Shown here piece by piece: positions 45,646 through 54,631 of a stretch of DNA of 64,000 nt. The position numbers and the translations under genes were made by a program. The notes beneath the pieces were generated by a model, which was given only the letters and a program-made list of their open reading frames with translations, did not search any database and was not told the DNA's origin. The stretch covers positions 2,045 through 66,044 of the forward strand of contig JAZNVL010000060.1 of NCBI GenBank assembly GCA_045592785.1, read 5' to 3'. Each line of letters starts with the position of its first letter. Within the stretch, counting starts at the first letter, position 1. This stretch comes from Victivallales bacterium. Its GTDB lineage: Bacteria > Verrucomicrobiota > Lentisphaeria > Victivallales > UBA1829.

Positions 45646-48600
45646 TTATGCTTCCACAAGCACTTCCGGTTCATCCAGAAGCCCAAGCGGTACCAGGATC
45701 TTATCCGGATGTTCAAACTGTCTCAACTGCCAGGAGCCGCACCAGCCAGGCGTACTTTCTCCATTGGGCAGGTAGAACGGACCATGGGAGTTCCGGCGGG
45801 AGCCGTATACATTGATCACAAGTTTATTTTCACCGTCACGGATCAAATCTGTCACCTCCACTTCGTACGGAGCCCAGCCAACCGGGATCAGTTCCGAACC
45901 GTTGACGGATACTGCAAATGCACTTCCCTGCCAGCCATTGACTTTGATGAATGTGCGTTTGCCTTTTTCTGCCCGGAAACTGCGTGTATAACGGAGGGAC
46001 CCGGAATAATTGGGCAGCCCGGCATCGCAGACATCGCCGCAGGAGAACGTTGCGGGCAGTTCGATCAGAGTGTCCGTATTCTTTTCCACGCCGAATTCGC
46101 CCAGCAGGAACATGGATTCCAATCCGGGCAGGAGTTCATGGTATTTCCCGGCAAGTTCGATCACGTTTTCCCCTTCTTTCAACATTGCAGCAGGAAGTTC
46201 CAGACGGCGCAGGGAGGGATCGATCCACCAGGAGGCATCTTTCTGTTCCAATGTCGCGCCATTGACTTTGATCGTGTAAAGATCCGGACGTTCCAATGCC
46301 AGATACAGTTCACCGGTGGGCAGGGCCTTGCAGGTGAAATCATAACGCAGAACAAGATCCAGCTGTCTTTCCGGTGTTTCCTGATGTGCGGTCAGCCAGG
46401 GCTGCGCCATACTTCCGCCCCGGTCCGGTTTGTCAAGAACCTTGCGCAGTTCCGTATCCACGTTCAGAACATAATCTTTCGCTTTCCATTCGCCGCCATC
46501 AATACAGTAAGCGCACTGGTCGAGAACGAGTACGTTCTGTTCATCACGGTCGATCTTCCAGCCGTCGGCAGGCAGTTTGATACTTTGCAGGGAGACTGGT
46601 TTCTGCGGCATCGGTTTCGCTTCGATCTCTTTCTCCGTGATAAAGAACAACCGGGAGCCCAGTTCCACAAAAGAGGTGCGGATCGTGGCTTTCCCGTTCG
46701 CAACTTCACCGTCCGCATGATAGATCTCACCGGTCTTCAAGTTCAATTCATAGACTTTGCCGCTGACTTCATTCACGGTCACGGTGACACTGGGGAATAC
46801 CAGTTTACGATCTTTCACCCGCGGGGCTCCGTCATTATTCCGGGGCACTACACCCACATTGCAAAGGAAGATCGTCTGGAAATCTTCTCCCTTACGCAAC
46901 AGATAAAGCGCTGGCAGGATCTCGCCGCCGTCCTCCCCGGTCACAGAGACACGGCGCACCGCAGGTGACATCATTTCCACCATGTTGTCTTTCGTGACAG
47001 AAGTAAAGGCTTTGTATGTTTCCGCGGCTTCCGTGGAACGTTTGCCGTCCACATACGCCGGGGGAGTATCCAGATAGAAGACTTTGCCCCCTTTCGCCGC
47101 AAATTCACGCAGAAACGCCAGCGTTGTCCCGCGGATCTCCACCATGTGCGGGATGAGGACTGCTTTATAAGCCGCCTGTGCGATCCGGATCCTGCCTTCT
47201 TCCACAACGCAATGACGCGTCATGACTTCTTCATCCCCGTAGTCGAAGTCCAGGTGATGTGTCAACAGGATATTACGGGTTTCGAACATTTCAAGATCCC
47301 AGGGGGATTCCTCGGTGAAACTGCGGTCTTTCATCGGCATGACCGACCAGGCAGATTCTTCCGGGTGGATCACAAGCAGATCACGCTGTTCTTCGCCGTC
47401 AGAGAGTGCAGCATTCAACCGGGCAAAGTAGTCCTCCACCAGCGGAAGCTGTTTGTACCAGGAGGACTGGAACGAAATACTTGCCGGGTAATCCCGTTTC
47501 GCTTGTGCTTCCATGGAGTACCAGGCAAGATGCTGACAACGCAGGTTGATCCCCAGTGCGAACTGCCAGTCACCCAACGCTTTATGTCCGAAGAACGGGA
47601 AGTCCCAACCCGTACAGCCGTAAGTTTCGCTCAATCTCCAGCGACGTCCGAACTGATGCGCCATACTGGTACACTGTTTGGCGGTATCATAGATCAAGTT
47701 GTGTTCGGTCAAAAGGTCGATCCCGGGTGCCTGCATGTATTCGTAAAAACGCATGGCTGCGCCCACCTGAAGCTGCTGGGCAAACAGGGAATCTTCCAGC
47801 AGGACATGTCCCGTGGATTCGATCCCGGCTTTCTCGCAGAACTCATAGATCGGTTTCGCATAGGAATTCACAAAGAGTTCCGTGCTGATCTCCATATATT
47901 CACGGTGCAGCGGGGAAATCGCTTCCCCTTCAAAACGGTACAGCAGTTCCGGAAGACGCGCCAGAATGTCACTGCCGAATTTTTCTTTCACCAGTTCCGG
48001 GATCCGATCCGTCCATTGAAGTTCCTTGTGCGCCTGCCCGTGGAAGAAATTCGGTTCATCGGTGAAGATGCCCGGTATCGTTTTTCCAAAATACTTCCCG
48101 CTTTTTTCCAGATATTTTTCGTGGGTGACGCGGATGAATTCCGCCGTCGCTTCCGGATTCATGGTGTCCAGATACGTCTGATTGTTGAACCAGGAACTTT
48201 CTTGCGCAAGAACGCGGTGGAACACATAAACTTTTTCCCCTTCCTTGCGATCGGATTCCGCTTCGATCCTGCGGTATGACTTCATCGTTTTTTCATCGTC
48301 ACTCAATGTGATCGCAAAAAGTCCGAAACAAATGGAATCTTCTTCCTTGTACTTGGGAAGTTCGCCGCCGGGCTCGATTTCCACCGGGATCAGATAGCGG
48401 ATACGGAATTCTTTGTTTTTCGTCACAAGTCCGCCCGCCGCTCCGGAGGGCCAACGGTCTTCATCGTAAAGCCAGGCACGCATGTTCAGCTTTTCCGCTT
48501 CATCGGCACAGGCGTTGATACATTCAAAGAACTCATCGCTCAAATAAGGCGTATTCAATCCCACGCGGGCGTGCATGAAAAATCCACCCAATCCCATTTC

Positions 48601-48723
48601 GTGGAAGATCCGGATCTGACGGCGCAGTTCATCGGGGGAAAGTTTCGTGTTCCATGCCCAGAAGGGGGCGGCACGGAATTCCGACGGCGTGTTTTTCACA
48701 TTCTCAAGGATGTTGCTTAACAT
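45646..48723 (-). CDS. Large putative glycoside hydrolase, tandem paralog A (1025 aa)
   Basis: The N-terminus FRAAPFWAWNTKLSPDELRRQIRIFHEMGLGGFFMHARVGLNTPYLSDEF is typical of large cytoplasmic glycosidases. I cannot assign a family without a search. Confidence 0.6.
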   Translation of the reverse strand: MLSNILENVKNTPSEFRAAPFWAWNTKLSPDELRRQIRIFHEMGLGGFFMHARVGLNTPYLSDEFFECINACADEAEKLNMRAWLYDEDRWPSGAAGGLVTKNKEFRIRYLIPVEIEPGGELPKYKEEDSICFGLFAITLSDDEKTMKSYRRIEAESDRKEGEKVYVFHRVLAQESSWFNNQTYLDTMNPEATAEFIRVTHEKYLEKSGKYFGKTIPGIFTDEPNFFHGQAHKELQWTDRIPELVKEKFGSDILARLPELLYRFEGEAISPLHREYMEISTELFVNSYAKPIYEFCEKAGIESTGHVLLEDSLFAQQLQVGAAMRFYEYMQAPGIDLLTEHNLIYDTAKQCTSMAHQFGRRWRLSETYGCTGWDFPFFGHKALGDWQFALGINLRCQHLAWYSMEAQAKRDYPASISFQSSWYKQLPLVEDYFARLNAALSDGEEQRDLLVIHPEESAWSVMPMKDRSFTEESPWDLEMFETRNILLTHHLDFDYGDEEVMTRHCVVEEGRIRIAQAAYKAVLIPHMVEIRGTTLAFLREFAAKGGKVFYLDTPPAYVDGKRSTEAAETYKAFTSVTKDNMVEMMSPAVRRVSVTGEDGGEILPALYLLRKGEDFQTIFLCNVGVVPRNNDGAPRVKDRKLVFPSVTVTVNEVSGKVYELNLKTGEIYHADGEVANGKATIRTSFVELGSRLFFITEKEIEAKPMPQKPVSLQSIKLPADGWKIDRDEQNVLVLDQCAYCIDGGEWKAKDYVLNVDTELRKVLDKPDRGGSMAQPWLTAHQETPERQLDLVLRYDFTCKALPTGELYLALERPDLYTIKVNGATLEQKDASWWIDPSLRRLELPAAMLKEGENVIELAGKYHELLPGLESMFLLGEFGVEKNTDTLIELPATFSCGDVCDAGLPNYSGSLRYTRSFRAEKGKRTFIKVNGWQGSAFAVSVNGSELIPVGWAPYEVEVTDLIRDGENKLVINVYGSRRNSHGPFYLPNGESTPGWCGSWQLRQFEHPDKILVPLGLLDEPEVLVEA

Positions 48724-48837
48724 CGTAATATCTCTCCTATCATTGTTGTGTTTTATAACAGCTCATAACATACAGTATGATAGCATTCCGTGCAAATTTT
48801 TTTCCATAAAAAACAGAAAAAAGTTTGCACGTTTTGC

Positions 48838-51800
48838 TTATGCTTCCACCAATATTTCCGGTTCATCCAGAAGACCCAGCGGTGCCAGAATCTTATCCGG
48901 ATGCGCAAAACAACTCATCTGCGCCGGACCGCACCAGCCGGGGGAGATTTCTCCGTCATGAAGATAAAACGGTCCGTGTGAGTTCCGGCGGGAACCGAAG
49001 ATATTGATTTTAAGTTCATTTTCGCCATCACGGATGAAGTCTGTCACTTCCACTTCGTATGGAGCCCAGCCGACCGGGATCAGTTTCGAACCGTTGACGG
49101 AAACACCGAACGCAGTCCCTTCCCAGTTGTTGACTTTGATGAACGTGCGTTTGCCTTTTTCCGCCCGGAAATTGCGGGTATAAGTGAGTGCCCCGGAATA
49201 ATTGGGCAGCCCGGCATCGCAGACATCGCCGCAGGAGAACGTTGCGGAGAGTTCGGTCAGGGTGTCTGTATTCTTTTCCACACCGAATTCACCCAGCAGG
49301 AACATGGATTCCAGTCCAGGCAGAAGTTCATGGTATTTCCCGGCAAGTTCGATCACGTTTTCCCCTTCTTTCAGCATCGCCGCAGGAAGTTCCAGACGGC
49401 GCAGGGAGGGATCCACCCACCAGGAGACATCGTGCTGTTCCAACAGAACACCATTGACTTTGATCGTGTAAAGATCCGGACGTTCCAATGCCAGATACAG
49501 CGCACCGGAGGGCAGGGCGTTACAGGTGAAATCATAACGCAAGACGATATCCAGCTGATTTTCCGGTATTGCTTGCGCCGATGTCAGCCAGGGCTGTACC
49601 ATTTGTCCTCCACGCCCGCGGACTCCCAATGCTTTGCGTAAAGCCTGGTCCACTTCCAGAATGAACGTTTTCGGTTCATATTCCCCGCCGTTGATGGAGT
49701 AACTGCATTGGTCAAGGACCAGTACATTCGGTTCGTCCCGCCGGATCTTCCATCCATCGGCAGGAAGTTTCTGACTTTTTACGGAGGCCGGGAATAACGG
49801 TCTTTCCTTTGCAGGCAGTTCGTTTTCTGTTATGAAGAACAAACGGGATTCGATTTCGGAAAATGAGGTCCGGATCGTTGCTTTGCCGTCCACGACTTCG
49901 CCGTCAGCATAATAGATCTCCCCGGTCTTCAAGTTCAATTCATAAATCCTGCCGCGTACATCATTCACTGTGACAGTCGCGACGGGATAGACCAGATTAC
50001 GGTATCTTACCTGCATCCCGCCATTGTAATTATTCGATTTCATCCCCGTATTGCAAAGGAAGAGCGTTTGGAAATCATCCCCCTTACGCAACAGATAAAG
50101 TACCGGCTCGATCTCGTTGCCGTCTTCCCCGGTCACAGAAACACGCCGTGCCGCCGGGGATATACGCTCCACCATGTTTTCTTGTGTGACGAAAGTGAAG
50201 GCTTTGTAGGTTTCCGCCGCTTCCGTGGAACGTTTGCCGTCCACATACGCAGGTACTTCGCCCATGTAAAACACATGGCCGCCATTTGCCGCGAACGCAC
50301 GCAGAAACGCCAGCGTTGTCCCGCGGATCTGCGCCATGTGCGGGATCAGGACCGCTTTATAAGCTGCCTTTGCGATCCGGAGCTTCCCGTTTTCCACAAC
50401 GCAATGGCGGGACATGACTTCTTCGTCTCCGTAGTCGAAGTCCAGATGATGGATCAGCAGCTGATTGCGCATTTCGATAAACTCAACATCCCATGGGCAT
50501 CTTCCGGTAAAGTGACGATCCTTCAGCGGGGTGACAGACCAGGTCGATTCTTCCGGGTGGATCACCAGCAGATCACGCTGTTCTTCCCCTTCCGAAAGCG
50601 CGGCACCCAAACGGGCAAAATAATCTTCCACCATGGGAAGTTGTTTGTACCAGGAGGATTGGAACGAAATACTCGCCGGATAATCCCGTTTCGCTTCCCC
50701 TTCCATGGAGTACCAGGCAAGGTGCGGACAACGCAGGTTGATCCCCAGCGCATACTGCCAGTCACCCAACGCTTTGTGTCCGGAAAACGGGAAATTCCAT
50801 CCCGTACAGCCGTAAGTCTCGCTCAATCGCCAACGGCGCCCGAACTGATGCGCCATACTGGTACATTGTTTCGCTGTATCGTAGATCATGGAGTGTTCCG
50901 TCAGCAGGTCGATCCCCGGTGCGTGCATGTATTCGTAAAAACGCATCGTCGCTCCGACTTGCATCATTTGTGCGTAAACCGTATCTTCCTGCAGAACATG
51001 TCCCGTGGATTCGATCCCGTTTTGTTCGCAGAAATCATAGATCGGTTTCGCAAAGGATTTGACAAAAAGATCCGTCGTGACATTCATATATTCCCGATAA
51101 AGCGGGGAAATCGTTTCTCCCTCAAAACGGTATAACAATTCCGGAAGACGCGCCAGAATATCCGAACCGAACTGTTCCTTCATCACTACCGGGATGCGAT
51201 CGGTCCACGCCATCTGTTTTTTTGCATTGCCGCCATGGAAGAAATTGGGCTCATCCATGAAAATGCCGGGGACTGTTTTTCCGAAATACTGTTTACATTC
51301 CTTCTTGTATTTTTCGTGGGTGACACGGATAAATTCCGCAGTCGCCTCCGGATTCAACGTGTCAAGATACGTTTGATCGTTGAACCAGGAACTGGGCTGT
51401 GTGATGGTGCGCTGGAACGCATAGACCGTTTCCCCTTCTTTCCGGTCCGTTTCCGCTTCGATCTTGCGATAGGACTTCATCGTTTTTTCATCGTCACTCA
51501 ACGTGATCGCGAAAAGTCCCAGGAAAAGCGAGTCCGGATACGCGGGGATCTGCTCCCCGATTCCGATTTCGTCCGTCGTCAGAAAACGCAGACGGTACTC
51601 CTTGTTCTTCGTTACAAGTCCGCCCGCCGCACCGGAAGGCCAGCGGTCTTCATCGTAAAGCCAGGCACGCATGTTCCGCTTTTCCGCTTCATCGGCACAG
51701 GCATTGATACATTCGAAAAATTCATCGCTCAAGTAAGGCGTATTCAAGCCCACACGGACGTGCATGAAAAATCCGCCCAGTCCCATCTCGTCGAAGATCT

Positions 51801-51912
51801 TTATCTGACGGCGCAGTTCTTCGGGGGAAAGTTTGGTATTCCATGCCCAGAAGGGGGCGGCACGGAATTCCGACGGCATATTTTTGACATTTTCAAGAAT
51901 ACGGTTTAACAT
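48838..51912 (-). CDS. Large putative glycoside hydrolase, tandem paralog B (1024 aa)
   Basis: Collinear with paralog A from the first to the last residue (...GLLDEPEILVEA versus ...GLLDEPEVLVEA). Offset 3192 nt. Confidence 0.6.
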   Translation of the reverse strand: MLNRILENVKNMPSEFRAAPFWAWNTKLSPEELRRQIKIFDEMGLGGFFMHVRVGLNTPYLSDEFFECINACADEAEKRNMRAWLYDEDRWPSGAAGGLVTKNKEYRLRFLTTDEIGIGEQIPAYPDSLFLGLFAITLSDDEKTMKSYRKIEAETDRKEGETVYAFQRTITQPSSWFNDQTYLDTLNPEATAEFIRVTHEKYKKECKQYFGKTVPGIFMDEPNFFHGGNAKKQMAWTDRIPVVMKEQFGSDILARLPELLYRFEGETISPLYREYMNVTTDLFVKSFAKPIYDFCEQNGIESTGHVLQEDTVYAQMMQVGATMRFYEYMHAPGIDLLTEHSMIYDTAKQCTSMAHQFGRRWRLSETYGCTGWNFPFSGHKALGDWQYALGINLRCPHLAWYSMEGEAKRDYPASISFQSSWYKQLPMVEDYFARLGAALSEGEEQRDLLVIHPEESTWSVTPLKDRHFTGRCPWDVEFIEMRNQLLIHHLDFDYGDEEVMSRHCVVENGKLRIAKAAYKAVLIPHMAQIRGTTLAFLRAFAANGGHVFYMGEVPAYVDGKRSTEAAETYKAFTFVTQENMVERISPAARRVSVTGEDGNEIEPVLYLLRKGDDFQTLFLCNTGMKSNNYNGGMQVRYRNLVYPVATVTVNDVRGRIYELNLKTGEIYYADGEVVDGKATIRTSFSEIESRLFFITENELPAKERPLFPASVKSQKLPADGWKIRRDEPNVLVLDQCSYSINGGEYEPKTFILEVDQALRKALGVRGRGGQMVQPWLTSAQAIPENQLDIVLRYDFTCNALPSGALYLALERPDLYTIKVNGVLLEQHDVSWWVDPSLRRLELPAAMLKEGENVIELAGKYHELLPGLESMFLLGEFGVEKNTDTLTELSATFSCGDVCDAGLPNYSGALTYTRNFRAEKGKRTFIKVNNWEGTAFGVSVNGSKLIPVGWAPYEVEVTDFIRDGENELKINIFGSRRNSHGPFYLHDGEISPGWCGPAQMSCFAHPDKILAPLGLLDEPEILVEA

Positions 51913-52068
51913 CGTAATGTGACTCCTTGTTGTGTTTATTTTGTGTAACAGGCATTACCATACAGCATTATCACTTGTATTGCAAATTTCTTTTTCAAAA
52001 ATAATGCAAAAAAATCGCCGTACCCGTTTCCGGATACGGCGTTTGAATAATACTCTGTATTCGCAGTA

Positions 52069-54627
52069 TTATTTTTCCGTGGGAACCACGATACCGCGGA
52101 TGATGATGTTCTGGCAGAAGATGAAGACCAGAAGAGTCGGGATCGCAGCGATTACCAGAGCGGCAAAACCGACAGACTGGGATGCACGCTGCTGCAACTG
52201 ATACAGGTACACCATCATGGTCCACATGGATTCTTTCTGACAGAGCAGGAACGCCAGCATGAAGTTGGCGTATGCGCCTGTGAACGCACCCAGCGCAATC
52301 ACCGAAAGAATCGGCTTGGAAAGCGTCATGGCGATGTTCCAGAAGATGTTCCATTCGCTGGCACCGTCAAGCGATGCAGATTCAAAAAGTTCCTTCGGCA
52401 AGCTGTCGAAGAAGCCTTTCAGCAGGAAGATACTGTAACCATTCGCCATACCGGGCAGGATCAGCGCGGCAAACGTATTCAGAAGTCCGATTTCCTTGAC
52501 CAGGAGGAACTGGGGAATACCGAGCACCATGCTGGGGAATGCCATCGGCAGCATCAGGAACAGCAGGATCTTGTAGGAAGATGCCGGTTTGTAACGGGAG
52601 AGACCGTACGCACACAGCGGGTTCACCAGCAAGGCTGCGAGCACTGCAAGGAAACAGTAGATGATCGTGTTGACTGCTGCATTCCCGTTGAGGAAGAGCG
52701 TTTCGAAGACCATCAGATAGTTCCGTTTCAGATATTCGCGGATGAGGAGACCTCTGTTTTTCTCCAACTGCACAAATTCGTATTCCAGAATGGGCAGATT
52801 GACCGTTTCAAAGGATGCCGCAGACTTCTGCCATGCTTTGTTGAGTTCCGCAATTGAGTTGTTGTACTTCTTGGCAAGGAATTCTTCCCACTGGTGCTGG
52901 AAACGTTCCGGTTCCGCAACACGGTACATATCTTTCATCACGCCGGATTTGATCAGGTTGACATAGTTTTCTCTGACCTTGTCGGTGTAATGGACTGTAT
53001 CATCCGGGTAAGCATTGAATGCAGGGATCTCGTTGATCGCGGTGATCGTCATATCGAAGTCATTGGACATCTTTGTGAAGTCACATTTGCCGTCCACGGT
53101 GTAAAGTTTGACCGTGTTGACACGATATTCGGAAAGCGCCTGACGGTTGAGTGCGATATCTTTTGCGGGGAGAGATTCCACAAATTCACGCCAGTCATCA
53201 GAAGCTGCCAGGTTGAATTCACCGTACGCATTTTCCTGCAGTTTGATATCGCCAAAGGTCTTATAGCCGCGTTCGTAGGCTTCATTGTATTTCTGAATGT
53301 CGCCATTGAAACGGTTTGCCAACCATTTACGGTATTCAAGTGCAAGATGATTGATCTGCAAGGCATCCGCAGGGATTTCCGCAGTTTTGTTTTCAGCGAT
53401 CTGCTTGAGCAGTGCATCATAGTCCGCTTTCGCCTGTGCAGGGAAATCTGCGGGCAGGGCGGTAAAACCATCAAGTTCCGGCAGCTGATTGAAGGAGCGG
53501 TAGGTGACTCCCCACGCCTTGTTCAATGCTGCAACCGTTTTGTATTTGTCCTTGACAAAATTGATCCAGAGTCCACTGACCGTAGAGTTTCCGTACAGGA
53601 AGTCCATCCAGTCTGCACGGGTCACACCGGAAAGGGGTGCGACAGCAGGGAGAACCAGATCCTTATGTGTCTTGTCTGCAATGTCAATACGATAGACTTT
53701 CGCCATGTCTTCATAGCTGCCGTACTTCTTCAGCAGGAATTTCTTCCACTGTTCCGTGGCTTTTGCAGGATCCACGGTGATGAATGCGGGATTCAAAGAC
53801 GTTTTGACAAAGTCTTCCCACTGGGCAGCCAGACGGGGATTATCCGTCGGAACAGTTGCGGGGAGCACAACATCGCTCCAGCAGTTGTATTTTGTACCGA
53901 GTTTTGCATTGATCACATCCAGGTCATTGCCGATATTCTGACGGAGTACGCTGATGAATTCACCTTCCAGGTTCTGCCAGATGCAGGTCAGATCCGGGTC
54001 TTCAATGCTTTCTTTGAATTCAAGAAGAAGTCTCTGGAAGCCTTTGCTGTAATCGACCGTTGCACGGCGTGCAACAAAGGATTCGATCGGAAGACTGATT
54101 TCACTCCAGTGATTGTATTCCAGGTCAAACTCTTCATTGAGTTTTGCGATCCCGCCGGCATCGTCACCGTAAACCGGGTGATTCTCCAGCCAGGAACGGA
54201 AGCGGCGGACCATGAGAGGGTTGACCCCGCTTTCGAATGCCATACCGATACAATACCAGTAATGTCCTTTTGTTTCGCGCATTTCTTTGAGGAACAGCTC
54301 ATAATCTTTGATCTGCACCAGAGAAATGTCGTTCGGTATTTCTACCGTGTCGAGAGTATACAGCGGTGTTTTGAACGAGCGGAATGCCCGTGTGGTGTCA
54401 CCGTTGTATTTTGTCGAGATGTGCTTCCGGAAGAGTTCCCAGTCGTCATGCAGGTACTGCGGAACGACGGTGAAGTTCGAGAAGTCCACGTTGCTTTTGA
54501 AAGATCCGGAAAGCATAAGAAGAAGCGGGTACACCATTGTCGCAGATCCGAGGATCAGGATCAAATGGATACAGATGTTCAGGACTTTGACTTTCCAACT
54601 GCGTTTTTCAACTTGTCCAATAATCAT
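52069..54627 (-). CDS. CUT1-type ABC sugar permease (MalG-like) with a ~600-aa extracytoplasmic insert after TM1
   Basis: N-terminal TM: VLNICIHLILILGSATMVYPLLLML. The C-terminal ~230 aa are a permease core with the EAA motif ESASLDGASEWNIFWNIAMTLSKP. The large domain in between carries repeated W..F...KY.....LN.AW motifs. Confidence 0.75.
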   Translation of the reverse strand: MIIGQVEKRSWKVKVLNICIHLILILGSATMVYPLLLMLSGSFKSNVDFSNFTVVPQYLHDDWELFRKHISTKYNGDTTRAFRSFKTPLYTLDTVEIPNDISLVQIKDYELFLKEMRETKGHYWYCIGMAFESGVNPLMVRRFRSWLENHPVYGDDAGGIAKLNEEFDLEYNHWSEISLPIESFVARRATVDYSKGFQRLLLEFKESIEDPDLTCIWQNLEGEFISVLRQNIGNDLDVINAKLGTKYNCWSDVVLPATVPTDNPRLAAQWEDFVKTSLNPAFITVDPAKATEQWKKFLLKKYGSYEDMAKVYRIDIADKTHKDLVLPAVAPLSGVTRADWMDFLYGNSTVSGLWINFVKDKYKTVAALNKAWGVTYRSFNQLPELDGFTALPADFPAQAKADYDALLKQIAENKTAEIPADALQINHLALEYRKWLANRFNGDIQKYNEAYERGYKTFGDIKLQENAYGEFNLAASDDWREFVESLPAKDIALNRQALSEYRVNTVKLYTVDGKCDFTKMSNDFDMTITAINEIPAFNAYPDDTVHYTDKVRENYVNLIKSGVMKDMYRVAEPERFQHQWEEFLAKKYNNSIAELNKAWQKSAASFETVNLPILEYEFVQLEKNRGLLIREYLKRNYLMVFETLFLNGNAAVNTIIYCFLAVLAALLVNPLCAYGLSRYKPASSYKILLFLMLPMAFPSMVLGIPQFLLVKEIGLLNTFAALILPGMANGYSIFLLKGFFDSLPKELFESASLDGASEWNIFWNIAMTLSKPILSVIALGAFTGAYANFMLAFLLCQKESMWTMMVYLYQLQQRASQSVGFAALVIAAIPTLLVFIFCQNIIIRGIVVPTEK

Positions 54628-54631
54628 GATA

